Shown here piece by piece: positions 1 to 12,499 of a stretch of DNA of 64,000 bases. The notes below the pieces were generated by a model. That model was not told the origin of the DNA, did no database searches, and saw nothing but the letters and a program-made list of their open reading frames with translations. Both the position numbers and the translations under genes were made by a program. The DNA is from Heterodontus francisci (lineage: Eukaryota): NCBI RefSeq assembly GCF_036365525.1, contig NC_090401.1, positions 41,777,674 through 41,841,673 of the forward strand. The letters run 5' to 3'. Position 1 is the stretch's first letter; the number at the start of each line of letters is the position of its first letter.

Positions 1-255
1 GATGTAAGGATTCCGTAGTAATATTTGAAGAGTAGTGTCCTCCAGATAAAGCAGCCAACATTTATCTCTCAATCAACACCACCAAAACAGAACAACTGGT
101 CATTTATATCACTGTTTAACCTTGCTGTGTGCAAACTGGCTCCTGCATTTGTCCACATAATAATGAATACACTTCAAAAATAATTAATTGGCTGTGAAGC
201 ACATAGTGATATCCTGAGGATACGCAACATATTATTATAATAGCAAATTCTTTCT
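1..255 (+). mobile_element. DeuSINE (SacSINE1-like) 3' half, degraded
   Basis: Similar to the copies at 4240-4680, 38425-38805 and 54310-54545 (gtaaaagatccc...gaagagcaggg core; gtgaagcac...tcctgagg tail). Confidence 0.6.
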
Positions 256-489
256 TCATTTCTTTATTACTCAGTAGATGAATGCACCATCAGTGGGATA
301 ATGAGTTATATAGGAAGGTGTCAAGCTTGATTGCTGCCCTCTGCTGAGTTAGCTGGTTTAGGGTAGTACAAGTATATGTGCTCCTGTTTTATTTTTTTTT
401 GGGGGGGGGGGGGGGGGGGGGCAGAGACACAGAGAAAAAAAATAAATCAACATTGGGTCCCATTCCCAATCCAATAGCCCCTGCTGGAA

Positions 490-730
490 ACAAAAAGCAA
501 AATAATGCAGATGCTGAAATAAAAAACAGAAGTAACTTGATAGCTGGAAACACTTTGCTGGTTAGGCAGCTTCTATGCAGGCAGGAAAAAGGTTAAATTA
601 ACATTTTGGGTCTATGACCTTTGCTCAATTCATAGACTTTAAATATTAACCTAACCTTTTTGTTCCTTTCTCCACAGCTGCTGCCTGGCCTGCAGAGTGT
701 TTCCAGCATTTTCCTTTATTATTTCAGACT
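490..730. mobile_element. Head-to-head pair of Penelope-like terminal fragments forming an imperfect palindrome
   Basis: 514-617 is the reverse complement of 630-727 (gctggaaacact/agtgtttccagc; gtctatga/tcatagac). The arms resemble the repeats at 44480-44612 and 49000-49103. Confidence 0.55.
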
Positions 731-883
731 CCTTCAGCAAAGTGAGCAATGGTTCCAATAGTCAAATAGCTTGCTATTCATTTATTATCTGTGTTCATAC
801 TCACTAATAACCATTTGGGTGAGGTACCAAAGGGCTGCATCCACCTGTGAAACTGTATCCCAGCAGCCTCCAGGCAAAGGGAA

Positions 884-1250
884 ATATAGAAAATAGGAGC
901 AGGAGTAGTCCATTCGGCCCTTCAAGCCTGCTCCGCCATTCATTATGATTATGGCTGATCATCCAACTCAGTAACCTGTTCCCACTTTCCCCCCATATCC
1001 CTTGATCCCTTTCGTCCCAAGAGCTATATCTAACTCCTTCTTGAAAACATACAATGTTTTGGCCTCAACTACTTTCTGTGGTAGCGAATTCCACAGGCTC
1101 ACTACTCTCCGGATGAAGTAGTTTCTCCTCATCTCAGTCCCGAAAGGTTTACCCCATATCCTTAGAGTATGACCCCTTGTTCTGGACTCCCCCACCAGCG
1201 GGAACATCCTTCCTGCATCTACCCTGTCAAGTCCTGTTAGAATTTTATAG
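884..1250 (-). mobile_element. CR1 LINE 3' fragment
   Basis: Encodes YKILTGLDRVDAGRMFP...TRGH...VVSLWNSLP (CR1 ORF2 C-terminus) plus 3' UTR. Nearly identical to 16291-16650. Confidence 0.9.
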
Positions 1251-2894
1251 GAAAAGGAGCAAAAAGTTGAGGAAAAACCACCCGAGAAAATTAAGCATTT
1301 TAAAAAGTTATGTAACACTATGGAATATCAAAAGAAATTAATCTCAAGGTTCAGATGATATGGGCCTGGTTTACAATTTTTGATCCTGATTAGATTTATG
1401 ACTTGCAGATAAATGAAATTGGCCACTTTCTCTACAAATGCATTTCTAACTCCAAATGTGCACATATTGTGATAGAACTCGCTCACCTAATACAGTTCAA
1501 TATTTTAAGACATACAGTCATAAGCTCACAGGTGTTTCATGTTACATTACAGTGGTATCCATTAAAAAAAATTCCTTAAATGCACTTCTCAATGCTGCAA
1601 TGAAAACACTTATAGAATAGCTCATATCATTTTGAAACTAGGCAAACAGAAGGTGCAGTCAGATGGAATTGTAAAATGAAGGTCGTTCAATATTTGCACG
1701 CAGCAACACCAATTCATGTGATAATGTTCCATTTATTCTTCAAAAACCATGCCTTTTATAGCCAAAAATACATTAAAAAGTTGAGAACATTTGAACCAAC
1801 TACCGTAGTTGATCTTTTGTGGCATTGTGTTGATTCCCCACGTGCAATGTGTCGTCTTCAGGTGAAGTGGGTTTAGAAAGCCAGGATATAATGCCCATAG
1901 AATAGCTCCCTATTCCTTCACTGCTGATTTTTCAACCAACATACTTCATACATGAGCAAGAACAGCAGGACAATCTAGGTCACGGTCTTATCCAGAATTA
2001 CCTATTGGAAAGTGCATTTGCAACAAGGACTTGTTCCAAGGCACTTTATCAAAGCATCTGGAAACTGCCAAAAATAATCTAATAAGCATAAGTGAGGTTG
2101 ACATCTTTTGAGGGTGGTATTCAAATTCCTAACTCTGCATTGCTCTATTGTTCAAAGAACAGGGCCTCCCTTTCCCTAGTGTTAGATGACGGTTTCTTCC
2201 CCCACCCCCAGAAAGCTAACAGCAATTCCAACATCTTTAACAAACTTTGGAATTACAGACATCTTAAATTGTGCCTTCAAGCATTTATGATTATCTGATA
2301 ATTATTTGAAAGGGCAGACAAATAGGCATAGAAAATAGTAAGTAAAGGTTTAAAGGGTAAATGTGAATGCTATGTAGTCAACTGGTATTATCTACTTTAT
2401 CTGGGAGTGTTAAGCAGCTGGAAAGTACTAGCATATTTACGTAGGACTGATGCTGATTTTTTTTGTTTGAGCATGGAAAAGAAAAGCTTGTAGGTGATCA
2501 TTTTCTAAGCAGATCGGGTATGTTTCCAACATTAGAGATTTAAGAATCAGCAGGTGTTATCTTTATTGCAGAAGCAGACAACACAGAGCTGTATCTCAGT
2601 TTACCTTGTCTGCACTCAGATGATTTTAAATTATAGTTTTCTACATCTTTGGTGCCAAAACTGGAAAAGGGTGTGCACAGCTGTAATCTGCCAACCAATC
2701 CAGTTGCCGTGGCAATAGGCTGCACATTGGATCTTTAACATTACAGAAATGGGCGGGCTTGAAATAAGTATTGTCCACATGACAGCAGCTTTCTTCACCT
2801 CCAGGTACTGGCACACTGCATTGTTAAAATATTTTATATGCAGGGAGAAAATCCACCACTGAAAAATACTCTACTCCCTATTAAATATGAACAT

Positions 2895-3845
2895 TGTGAC
2901 GGAAACCACACCTGCCAAATGGAAACATATTAATTTTGGCATATGGAACACTATTTGAACTGTTGCTGGACCTTGAACATAACTTATTTAAAAAAGACCA
3001 CACAGCATTGGCTGTAAACATGGCTGCACATTTGCATTCTGACAGTTGCCTAGGGAGACAATGGGAGTGCTCCATGATTCAATTAGCCAGGTGGGTTTTG
3101 TCAATAGTGATGATCAAAAGACATTGTCTGAGTAAGAGCCAGCCTTCCACCCCGCCACTGAGTGAGCTTTGAAGAATCAACCTCGCAGGTGATGCTGTCT
3201 CAAACAAAGAGCTAGTCACATGACTAACCTGCTGGCCAACCCGGGAATTGAATGAATTGTGCTCACTGTGAAGTTTTGAGACAGATGGCTTTTAAAGACC
3301 AAGGAGAAGCAAGGTCTCTCTCTCTCTCCCTCTCTCACAAAGTTCCAGCGACCCATAGAAGTTACATAAGCCTCAAGATAAAAGACCCCTGCAGCCTTCT
3401 GGTACCAGCAAAACAAGTTTGAAAGTGTGCACTGGGCTCCGAGAACTGCAAGTCTTAACTTCAATTAAAGTCTTTACGTCTGACCCAAAAGCCAGTAACT
3501 GAATTCCAACTACTACTTCAAACCTCCCCCCTTTAATCCTTTCTCCCCCTCTGTATCTATTTGTGTGTGTTTATCGCGTATGCATGCTAGTGTACTTGCG
3601 TTGCGTATTCTTAATAGTTTTAAGTGATTTAGAGTTTTAAGGTTAATAAACTTATACCTTTCTTGTTTAAATCTGAGAAAACCTGTCTGGTTGATTCCTT
3701 TACAGTTACAATTAGAGAGTAGTGAGCAATGACTCACTGAGGGGAAGCTAAACACACCATGTTTTAAAATTTAAACCCTGTTACGGCCAAACCAGGAAAA
3801 GGCCAAGAGGGGAGCCCTAGACCCCTTCCTCACCTGGTCGCAACA
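2895..3845 (+). mobile_element. Solo LTR (Gypsy or ERV type), 951 bp
   Basis: Starts TGTGAC at 2895 and ends CAACA at 3845. Flanked by the 4-bp direct repeat ACAT (2891-2894, 3846-3849), with an internal AATAAA near 3645. Confidence 0.75.
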
Positions 3846-4239
3846 ACATTAACAGATCAATTCACATTTTGAGTACTGCATTTCTTATGTTTGTTGTCTC
3901 TGTTTTATTTGTATTAAATTGAATAGTTTAAAATATTGATCTGTAAATTGCAACTAAATATTTATTAAACAGTAAAGGATAACCTTGTCTTGAAGATTAT
4001 TCACTTCATGTAAAAATATAACAGTACCCAGTTAAATATAATGTTCTTATTACATTTCTGTCTTATTTCAAGATCAGCTCAAAGCTCACCAAAACTGCCC
4101 CTACACACAACAGAAAAAGCTAAAAATTGTAGACATTTGCTAACTGATGGAAGGATAACAAGTGCCTTTTAAAAGTACTCTCTTGATGCTGAAGTGGCAG
4201 TTTTAAAATGATATCTCATACATAGTATTAAAGTCTCAG

Positions 4240-4682
4240 CCTTGGTTCAGTGGTAATACTCTCATCTGAGTCAGAAAGTCATAGGTTCAAATACTCTCTC
4301 CAGAGCCTGAGCACATTATCTAGGCTGACACTTCAGTGCAGTAGTGAGGGAGTGCTGCACTGTCAAAGGTGCCACCTTTTGGCCAAGGTATTAAAGCAAG
4401 GCCCATATGCCCTCTCAGGTGAAAATAAAAGATTCCATGATACTAGATGAGGAGGAGCAGGGAAGTTCTCCCAGTGCCCTGCCTGACATTTACTCCTCAG
4501 CCGACATAAAAAAAACTGTTTATTTATATCTCTTGTCATCTATGGGACCTTGCTGTGCACACATTGGCTGCAGTAGTTACCTATATACGCGATTACACTT
4601 CAAAAAGCAATTCAACGGCTGTGATGAATTTTGGGACGGACTCAGGATGTGAAAGATACTGTATCACTGCAAGTTCTTTCTT
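4240..4682 (+). mobile_element. tRNA-derived DeuSINE (SacSINE1-like), near full length
   Basis: tRNA-like head (ggttcagtggta...ggttcaaa A/B boxes), Deu-domain-like core (aaaagattccatg...gaggagcaggg) and L2-like tail. Confidence 0.7.
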
Positions 4683-5066
4683 TTGTAAAAAAGCCGCTTA
4701 TTTCATTTAAACACATCAATTAGGAAAGTTCAGTATTTTGGTAATAACTGGTCCAGAGCTGAGATTTGACATTTGACAAAGATATTTGGTATTGTAGTCC
4801 CATTATTTGGAATTTCAGCAACAAAATACACTGTCAGCCATATATAGCAGCGCAACACTAATTTATACGTATATGCTCTTTTACGCAGTGCTACTGGAGA
4901 TTTCCTGCAGAACATATTCTGCCCCCCACCACCCCCCGCAATTGTGGCCTCCAAAAGCACATTGTTCCAAAGCCTGCCAGCTCAACAGCCAGTAAAATGC
5001 ATGTCCGAGTTTGTTTTAACAAACAGCAAAATGAACAGCTATTGCAATTATGACCAACTGAGTTCA

Positions 5067-6337
5067 AATAAGTTCATTAGCGATAGTCAGCACGGTTTTG
5101 TGAAGGGTAGGTCGTGCCTCACAAACCTTATTGAGTTTTTCGAGAAGGTGACCAAACAGGTGGATGAGGGTAAAGCAGTGGATGTGGTGTATATGGATTT
5201 CAGTAAGGCGTTTGATAAGGTTCCCCACGGTAGGCTATTGCAGAAAATACGGAAGTATGGGGTTGAAGGTGATTTAGAGCTTTGGATCAGAAATTGGCTA
5301 GCTGAAAGAAGACAGAGGGTGGTGGTTGATGGCAAATGTTCATCCTGGAGTTTAGTTACTAGTGGTGTACCGCAAGGATCTGTTTTGGGGCCACTGCTGT
5401 TTGTCATTTTTATAAATGACCTGGATGAGGGTGTAGAAGGGTGGGTTAGTAAATTTGCGGATGACACGAAGGTCGGTGGAGTTGTGGATAGTGCCGAAGG
5501 ATGTTGTAGGGTACAGAGGGACATAGATAGGCTGCAGAGCTGGGCTGAGAGATGGCAAATGGAGTTTAATGCGGAAAAGTGTGAGGTGATTCACTTTGGA
5601 AGGAGTAACAGGAATGCAGAATACTGGGCTAATGGGAAGATTCTTGGTAGTGTAGATGAGCAGAGAGATCTTGGTGTCCAGGTACATAAATCCCTGAAAG
5701 TTGCTACCCAGGTTAATAGGGCTGTTAAGAAGGCATATGGTGTGTTAGCTTTTATTAGTAGGGGGATCGAGTTTCGGAGCCACGAGGTCATGCTGCAGCT
5801 GTACAAAACTCTGGTGAGGCCGCACCTGGAGTATTGCGTGCAGTTCTGGTCACCGCATTATAGGAAGGATGTGGAAGCTTTGGAAAGGGTGCAGAGGAGA
5901 TTTACTAGGATGTTGCCTGGTATGGAGGGAAGGTCTTACGAGGAAAGGCTGAGGGACTTGAGGTTGTTTTCGTTGGAGAGAAGGAGGAGGAGAGGTGACT
6001 TAATAGAGACATATAAGATAATCAGAGGGTTAGATAGGGTGGATAGTGAGTCTTTTTCCTCGGATGGTGATGGCAAACACGAGGGGACATAGCTTTAAGT
6101 TGAGGGGAGATAGATATAGGACAGATATTAGAGGTAGTTTCTTTACTCAGAGAGTAGTAGGGGCGTGGAATGCCCTGCCTGCAACAGTAGTAGACTCGCC
6201 AACTTTAAGGGCATTTAAGTGGTCATTGGATAGACATATGGATGAAAATGGAATAGTGTAGGTCAGATGGTTTCACAGGTCGGTGCAACATCAAGGGCCG
6301 AAGGGCCTGTACTGCGCTGTAATGTTCTAATTCTAAT
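5067..6337 (+). mobile_element. CR1 LINE, 5'-truncated, young; RT domain to 3' end
   Basis: Open frame with QHGFVKGRSCLTNL, DFSKAFDKV, GVPQGSVLGP and KFADD motifs. One frameshift near 6050, then 3' UTR ending in (ttctaa)n. Confidence 0.95.
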
Positions 6338-6831
6338 AAAAAAAACGACATATCCTAAATGTACAAAACTGGCACTCTGGAGTACTAGCTCAAAAAAGAC
6401 CCTAGTACAGGGTCTGTGTTAATTATTCACTGTGGTATGCTAATCTATAACTCCGGAGAGCCAGAAAGATGCAAAAGTTGTAAATCTGGAGTCTGATAGT
6501 AGGGACAAAGATGATGTTGGTTACTTCCAATTAAACAATTTTTAAATAAAATTTAAAATCAGTGGATTTTAGGCCTCTCTTGCAGACTACTGGTGAATTA
6601 CAAAGAAGCACCGAAGAAGCCCGAGAATGGGTTATCTGCCCACCTCTCGACCAGGAATAAAATATGGCTGAAGGAGACACAAAGTGGAGAAATAATTCAA
6701 AAGGGGGACAAAACAATATTTCTGGAATCTACATTATTTGCAGAGACCAAACATCTCAAATTCATCCCTACGAGGGTGTCAGTTACAGCCTATTTAAGTA
6801 TTATTTCTACACTTGGAATCAACTTCCAGGT

Positions 6832-7800
6832 ACAACTATCTATATTAATGACTTGGAGGAGGGGCCAGAGTTTAATATATCCATATTTACTGACGATAGA
6901 AAAATAGGTGGGAGGGCATGTTGTGATGAGGATATAAGGAATCTGCAAGGGGGTAGAGATTGGTTGAGTGAGTGGGCAAAAACTTGGCAGATGGAGTTTA
7001 ATGTAGGAAAGTGTGAGGTCATGCACTTTGGTAGGAAGAATCAAAAGGCAGACTATTATTTAAATGGAGAGAGACTCCAAAAAAGTGCAGCACAGAGGGA
7101 TCTCGGTGTTCTTGTGAATGAAACATAAAAAGTTAGCATGCAGGTGCAGCAAGTAATTAAGAAGGTAAGGGGAATTTTGGCCTTTATTGCTAGGGAGTTG
7201 GAGTTTAAAAATAGGGAAGTCTTGTTACAACTGTACAGGGTGTTGGTGAGGCCGCACCTGGAGTACTGTGTATAGTTTTGGTCCCCGTACTTAAGAAAGG
7301 ATATACTGGCATTGGAGGCAGTTCAAAAGACATTCACTAGGCTGATTCCTGGGACGAAGGGGTTGACTTAACAAGAACAACTAAACAGGTTAGGCTTTTA
7401 TTCATTAGAGTTTAGAAGAATAAAGGGTGATCTTATTGAAATGTACAAGATTCTGAAGGGGCTTGACAGGATAGATGTTGAGAGGATGTTTCCACTAGTG
7501 GGGGAATCTCAAACTAGGGGACATAGTTACAGAATAAGGGGATACTCATTTAAAACTGAGATGCAAAGGAATTTCTTCTCTGAGAGAGTAGTGAATGTCT
7601 GGAATTCTCTACCCGAGAGAGTTGTGGAGGCTAGATCACTGAAAGTATCCAAACAGGAGGTAGATAGATTTTTGAAATATCAGGGAGTTGAGTGCTATGA
7701 GGAGCTGGCATGAAAGAGGAGTTGAGGTCTGGGGCAGATCAGCCATGATTTATTGGATGGTGGGGCCGAATGGCCTACACCTGATCCTATTTCTTAAGTA
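6832..7800 (+). mobile_element. CR1 LINE 3' fragment, with stop codons
   Basis: IYINDL...FTDD...WQMEFNVGKC and YKILKGLDRID...WNSLP motifs. Confidence 0.9.
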
Positions 7801-8539
7801 CATGTTCTAACTGATAACTATACCTATACAACCTGTTGGGAAATTAGCTAGGAAGGTGCCAGGTTAAGTCCCTAGTTTTTGTAGACAACTAATTTCAGCC
7901 TGGACAGCAGCAGGAGTGCTACAATTGGCCTCAATGTCTCTGGTTGGTGAAGGAGTGTCAGCCAAAGTGTTCACTTCTGATCACTATCGGATGTCCCTTG
8001 CCAGAAAATCTGTGACAGCGTGTATTGGGTGAGGACAAGATCTAGCATGATTGGAATGCCCCCACAGTACTACAACTCGTCAACATTCACTCATATGAAC
8101 AAGGAGCACTTGATTGAAATACTAGTTATTTATGAAGCTGCAGTTAAACACTAATGAGAAAAGGTAGGTTAAGAGAGTCAAATCCAAGAACATTCTAACC
8201 AGATTAGCAAAGTGTTCAGACCTACTAAATTTTCAAGTGTATAGTGTTTGAGCAGAATTCCAGTTGAAAGAATTTCATCTTGTTTAATCATATTTTTTAA
8301 AACTAGCTTTACAAAATGATAAGATACTGAAATGATTTTTAGTTGTACAACAGAAATGTTGAACTATTCTAAATTAAAGTACGATCCACAATTTGACACA
8401 CATATATATATTATCGGGGTTACCAATTATCTAATGCCCCATCTTAATCACAAGTGAACCAATTTCTGTGCATCTCTGTGGTATATATTTTACAGTAAGG
8501 AATGACAGTCATCTCATTAGCACAGGATTTCAGATGTCC

Positions 8540-9060
8540 TTACTAACTGTCCTGAACTCACCCCATTGGTGCTGAAAGTCTCTTCCACATCTTTGAAATC
8601 ACATTTCCAAATCCAACCCCCCACCTTGCTACCTGCATTCTATACCAATCAAAATCCTACTAAAATCAACCCAACTCTAGCTCCGGATCTCATCAACTTC
8701 AAAATGCACATCTTCGTCTTGAATCTCTCTAGCATAATTCACCCCTCCTTATGTTTGCAACTTTCCAATCCCCAAGAATCCTTCCTACAGCCTCATTTTT
8801 TTTTTAACCAAAGCTGTTCTATATTGTTCCACCACTGTGTCTGCATTACCATCAGTGGCAGATTCTTCCCCCATATAATCCCCCAACTCTGGATCTTCCC
8901 CCTCAAATCACCTCTGAATTGCTACATCTTTCCCCACCTTCAAAATTCTTCTATAAATCCTAGCATCTCAACAGCATTTTTGGCTCCATCTCTACTCCCC
9001 TTCCAACTTGGATCTAATCCTAAACTTGGCTAAGTCAGTGCAAGTAGTTGTTGTTCCTGC
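8540..9060 (+). mobile_element. Old L2-like LINE 3' fragment
   Basis: C-rich degraded sequence resembling 37600-38015. Confidence 0.4.
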
Positions 9061-10530
9061 TACAATTAGCTGGTGTAAATTATTTTTTTTTAAATAGATA
9101 GTCCTTTATACCCCCAAATCTTGCATACAGTATTCTAATAAAATATTCACAAAGACTGAAAGTCTTGCTTACTACAAATACAATCAATGAGAAATACTAG
9201 TATTTAGTTTTAATTCTCATATTAAGTTTAAATGTGTGACTAACTAGTTAAATAGAAGTTTATGCTTTAATACAAATTAGAAAACTGTGCAAATGTAGAT
9301 AGGATATGAGGCAATCATTTTGCTTTCAGTCGAACAACACAGCATTTTTCACTATATAATCTTAAAGTTTGAATGACTAAAAACCTGACAAGAGACCGAA
9401 ATTTTCTCATGAATGGTCTTGGCTATTCAAATGGTATATTACTGGAACAAAAAATACATGCCAGTTTCGTTGGAGACCCATATAATGCACAATCAATTGC
9501 GTGTATGCAATAAGAATAAAATGTTACTGATTAATTACAGTACGGTAAATTTCTAATCTCAGTCGGTAATTGGGAAGGTGCTTAAGTGTTTTTCCCTATG
9601 CATTTCCCTATAAAAATTGATTTTTTTTTAAACCGAATTAGCAATTCACCCTCTGGCACGCTTCAAATGTGGCGAGCAGCTACAGTGATCTCGGAACATG
9701 TCACCGACATGCTTTGATAGTCAGTATCGGGGCGGGGGCTGTGGGATTTGTAAAAAGATGTTCAAATTGCTCATCATTCCAGTACCATCAAGCACTGTTA
9801 ATGCCACTATTTCCACTTTGCTAAGGAAGCGTGGTGCTCTTTCCCACGTAAAACAATTGTCAAGTTGCTGAATTAATGGCAGTTTCCTCGATCCGAAAGC
9901 TCAGCCTCCACAATGTTCCCACGCTTATAAATCTGATAAAAACGCAGAGGCAAAATTGTAGCTTCATTAAAAAAAAAACACCCGGTTACACCGCTTAAAT
10001 AGTTTCATATTAAAAATACAATCGTTCATTTTCAAATATTAACGTTTCACTCTAAATGAATGAAATGTCATAACTTGCCAATTAACAAATCAGGCTGAGT
10101 GGCGGTTACTGAATCTGAATTTTATTTCTTTTTAGGAATAGATCATTCCTCGCGTTCAGGCTGAAGTGAACACATAGGACGCTGAGCGAGGACGTTTTTG
10201 CATGGTGTACGTTGGCATTTATAACCGCCCACCCCGCCCGATACCCGCAGCTCAATGCAGAAGAAAGGTAGTCCTCCTCCATTTTCTACAGGTTACTCAT
10301 GTCTGATACAGAGATGATGATGATGATGGAGAGGAGCCGCTTTAAAGCAGCAGATAGTTATAACCAGGTTTCCAACGGCCTGGGGGCATGTCAGTGACAG
10401 GGATGCTGCAGCTCATCGCCCCTTTCCATTTTCAAAACGATGCAGACACAAACTGAAGGGACTGCAGTTGTTGTTAAATTGAATGTGACTTGCAAATTCG
10501 CACCCCCTCCCTTCCCTTCCTCTCCCTTAC

Positions 10531-10836
10531 CAACACATCATTGCAGATCTCCCTGAGCTCAGCCTCCACCTTCTCCCGGTACTCCTTCACCATATGCAGC
10601 TTCTTCTCGCTGCTGCCGCCGCCCTCGCTGGTTTTCTGCTCGATGCTGGAGATGACCCTCCACGCCGAGCGGCGGGCCCCCACCACGTTCTTGTAGGCGA
10701 CCGAGAGCAGGTTCCGCTCCTCGTTTGACAGCTCCTCGCCCCACTCGGTGACCGCCTTCATCGCGGCCGCCATGTCCTCGTACCGCTCCGCCTGCTCCGA
10801 CAGCTTGGCTTTCTGCACCAGCTCGTTCTTATCCAT
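10531..10836 (-). CDS. 14-3-3 protein (YWHAZ/YWHAQ/YWHAB/SFN group), first coding exon, codons 1-102
   Basis: Reads [31 protein letters not shown]...[33 protein letters not shown]...EICNDVL. ATG at 10836 lies in a strong Kozak context (gtggccATGG). The phase-0 donor TTG|GTAAGG at 10531/10530 matches the conserved intron position of this subfamily. The exact paralog cannot be assigned. Confidence 0.96.
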
Positions 10837-11100
10837 GGCCACCTTGTTTTTTTCCCCTTCCCCGCGAAGCGAACCTGGCCCGTTAGCGGCGACTATTGAA
10901 GCCCAAAGGACCGACTATCGAGCTCGCTTTCACTTTCTCGCCCTCTCTATCTCACAGACGATCCGCTCCTCGAAACCAAATGGCGGTTGAGATCTTGTTC
11001 CCGGGGTCTACGCAGGCGCTGCTGACACCGCCTCCCCTCCCTTCCCTAAGACTGACGTCAATGAGTGACCAAAGCTGCAGAAAACTGACCTGAGTCATCC
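10837..11100 (-). promoter_or_regulatory. 5' UTR and CpG-island promoter of the 14-3-3 gene
   Basis: CpG-rich region ~9650-11060. YY1-type AAATGGCGG at 10978-10986, GC-box-like ccgcctcccc near 11028, palindromic CRE TGACGTCA at 11053-11060 and AP-1 TGAGTCA at 11091-11097. Confidence 0.7.
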
Positions 11101-12189
11101 AAATGGTTATTTGATTTGTGCATTTAATACTCTCATATAGCAGGTGGGGTGGGGGTGGGTGTGGCTTCTTAGAGAAAGCTGCTCAATCAACATTATAAAA
11201 TGCTAAGTTGATGCATTTGCAAGCAAACGTGGAACTGAGACAAACAAAATGGCAAGGTGAATCTTAGTCAATGGAAAAGGAGAGTTTGCAACAATTGGTC
11301 TCTTTGCTTGTGGGGTAGAGAAGGGAACTAAGCAGCCAGGGCCTACGCCGAGGGTAGGGAGGTGAACCACGTGGGCAGATCTTACTCATCCCTAGTCAAT
11401 GATTTCTGTCAAAATGTATGTGGATGGTCGGTAATAGAAGTGGGCTTTTCATGATATCTCCCAACCAAACACCCTCCCACTTCTCACTGCCCAGGTGCAC
11501 AGATAAAATCTGACTTACATAAAATTGAACTAGTCAGGGCAGGTGGAAGAATAAATATATAAAATGTCATTTATGCATTCAAAATGCATCTCTGCAGTCT
11601 CACTAACGTTTAGTGAATCACCAAATTCTCATTTGTTCAGCTCTCAACACAATTACGAGCTTAAATGGACAGGAAACAAACCTACACTTTATATTCGTAA
11701 AGGCATGACAGGCAGTACTGACTAATGTGAACATATTCAAATATTTTAATTTTGCAACTATTTCAGCAGTATACTTTTAAAACCAAGATTGATAGTGTAG
11801 CCTGTTCTGTTTTTCAACAGGCTATACCAACTGAATATATCTGGAGAGGAAATCTGTTCAAAATCTATTCCAGACCCTTGCCGCCCCCACCACCCTGCAA
11901 GTATAATCCTTCCCTTGTCTACATGCTGTTCCTTGGCAAAAATGATCCAAAAACATGGGGATCAGGTAACACAGGCCCACTGATAATACCCAGCTCTACT
12001 ACTCCACCACATCTCTCCATCCCTCCACGCTTGTGTCGTAGGACTGTTTGACTGACATGCAGTCATGGATGAGCTGCAATTACTTCCAGCTACAACATGC
12101 CACCATCTGGAACTTCTGCCACAAACTGTGCATCAATTCCCTCCCTGAACATGATCTCAGATTGAACCAGACTATTTGCAACTTCACGA

Positions 12190-12465
12190 TATGTACATAC
12201 GAACATATGAATTAGGAGGAGTACGCCACTCGGTCCCTCGAGCCTGCTCCACCATTCAATAAGTTCATGGTTGAACTGAATACTCCACATTTCCACCTAC
12301 CCCCGATAACCTTCCACCCACTTGCTAATCAAAATTCTATCTACCTCTGCCCTAAATCTATTCAAATACTCTGCTTCCACCACCTTTTGAGGAAGAGAAT
12401 TTTAAAGACTCACGGACCTCAAAAAATTTCTCCTCATCTCGGTCTTAAATGGGCCATCCCTTATT
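12190..12465 (-). mobile_element. CR1 LINE 3' end fragment
   Basis: CR1 3' UTR (gagcctgctcc...cattcaataag..catgg) in reverse orientation. Confidence 0.75.
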
Positions 12466-12499
12466 AGCAGCAACGCAAAAGTATGGAGCAAGGTTAACT

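Noticed and set aside
390-421. T-run followed by a ~21-nt G-run as a G-quadruplex element
   Set aside because: Simple homopolymer of unreliable length with no supporting context.
4944-6092. 382-aa ORF as a host gene or domesticated reverse transcriptase
   Set aside because: It is a 5'-truncated CR1 ORF2 fused by chance to ~40 codons of flank, starting at GTG and ending in a frameshift.
6593-6830. Two overlapping open frames upstream of the CR1 at 6832
   Set aside because: No recognisable domain or splice signals; their length comes partly from read-through into the CR1.
1-10530. Further 14-3-3 exons (expected ESKVFYLKMKGDY motif)
   Set aside because: I found no matching minus-strand sequence; the exons probably lie beyond the left edge of the window.
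10474-10842. ORF-track 14-3-3 boundaries (MAMDK start, tail VRERKG...)
   Set aside because: The first codon is GTG and the true ATG is at 10836; the tail is read-through past the splice donor at 10530.
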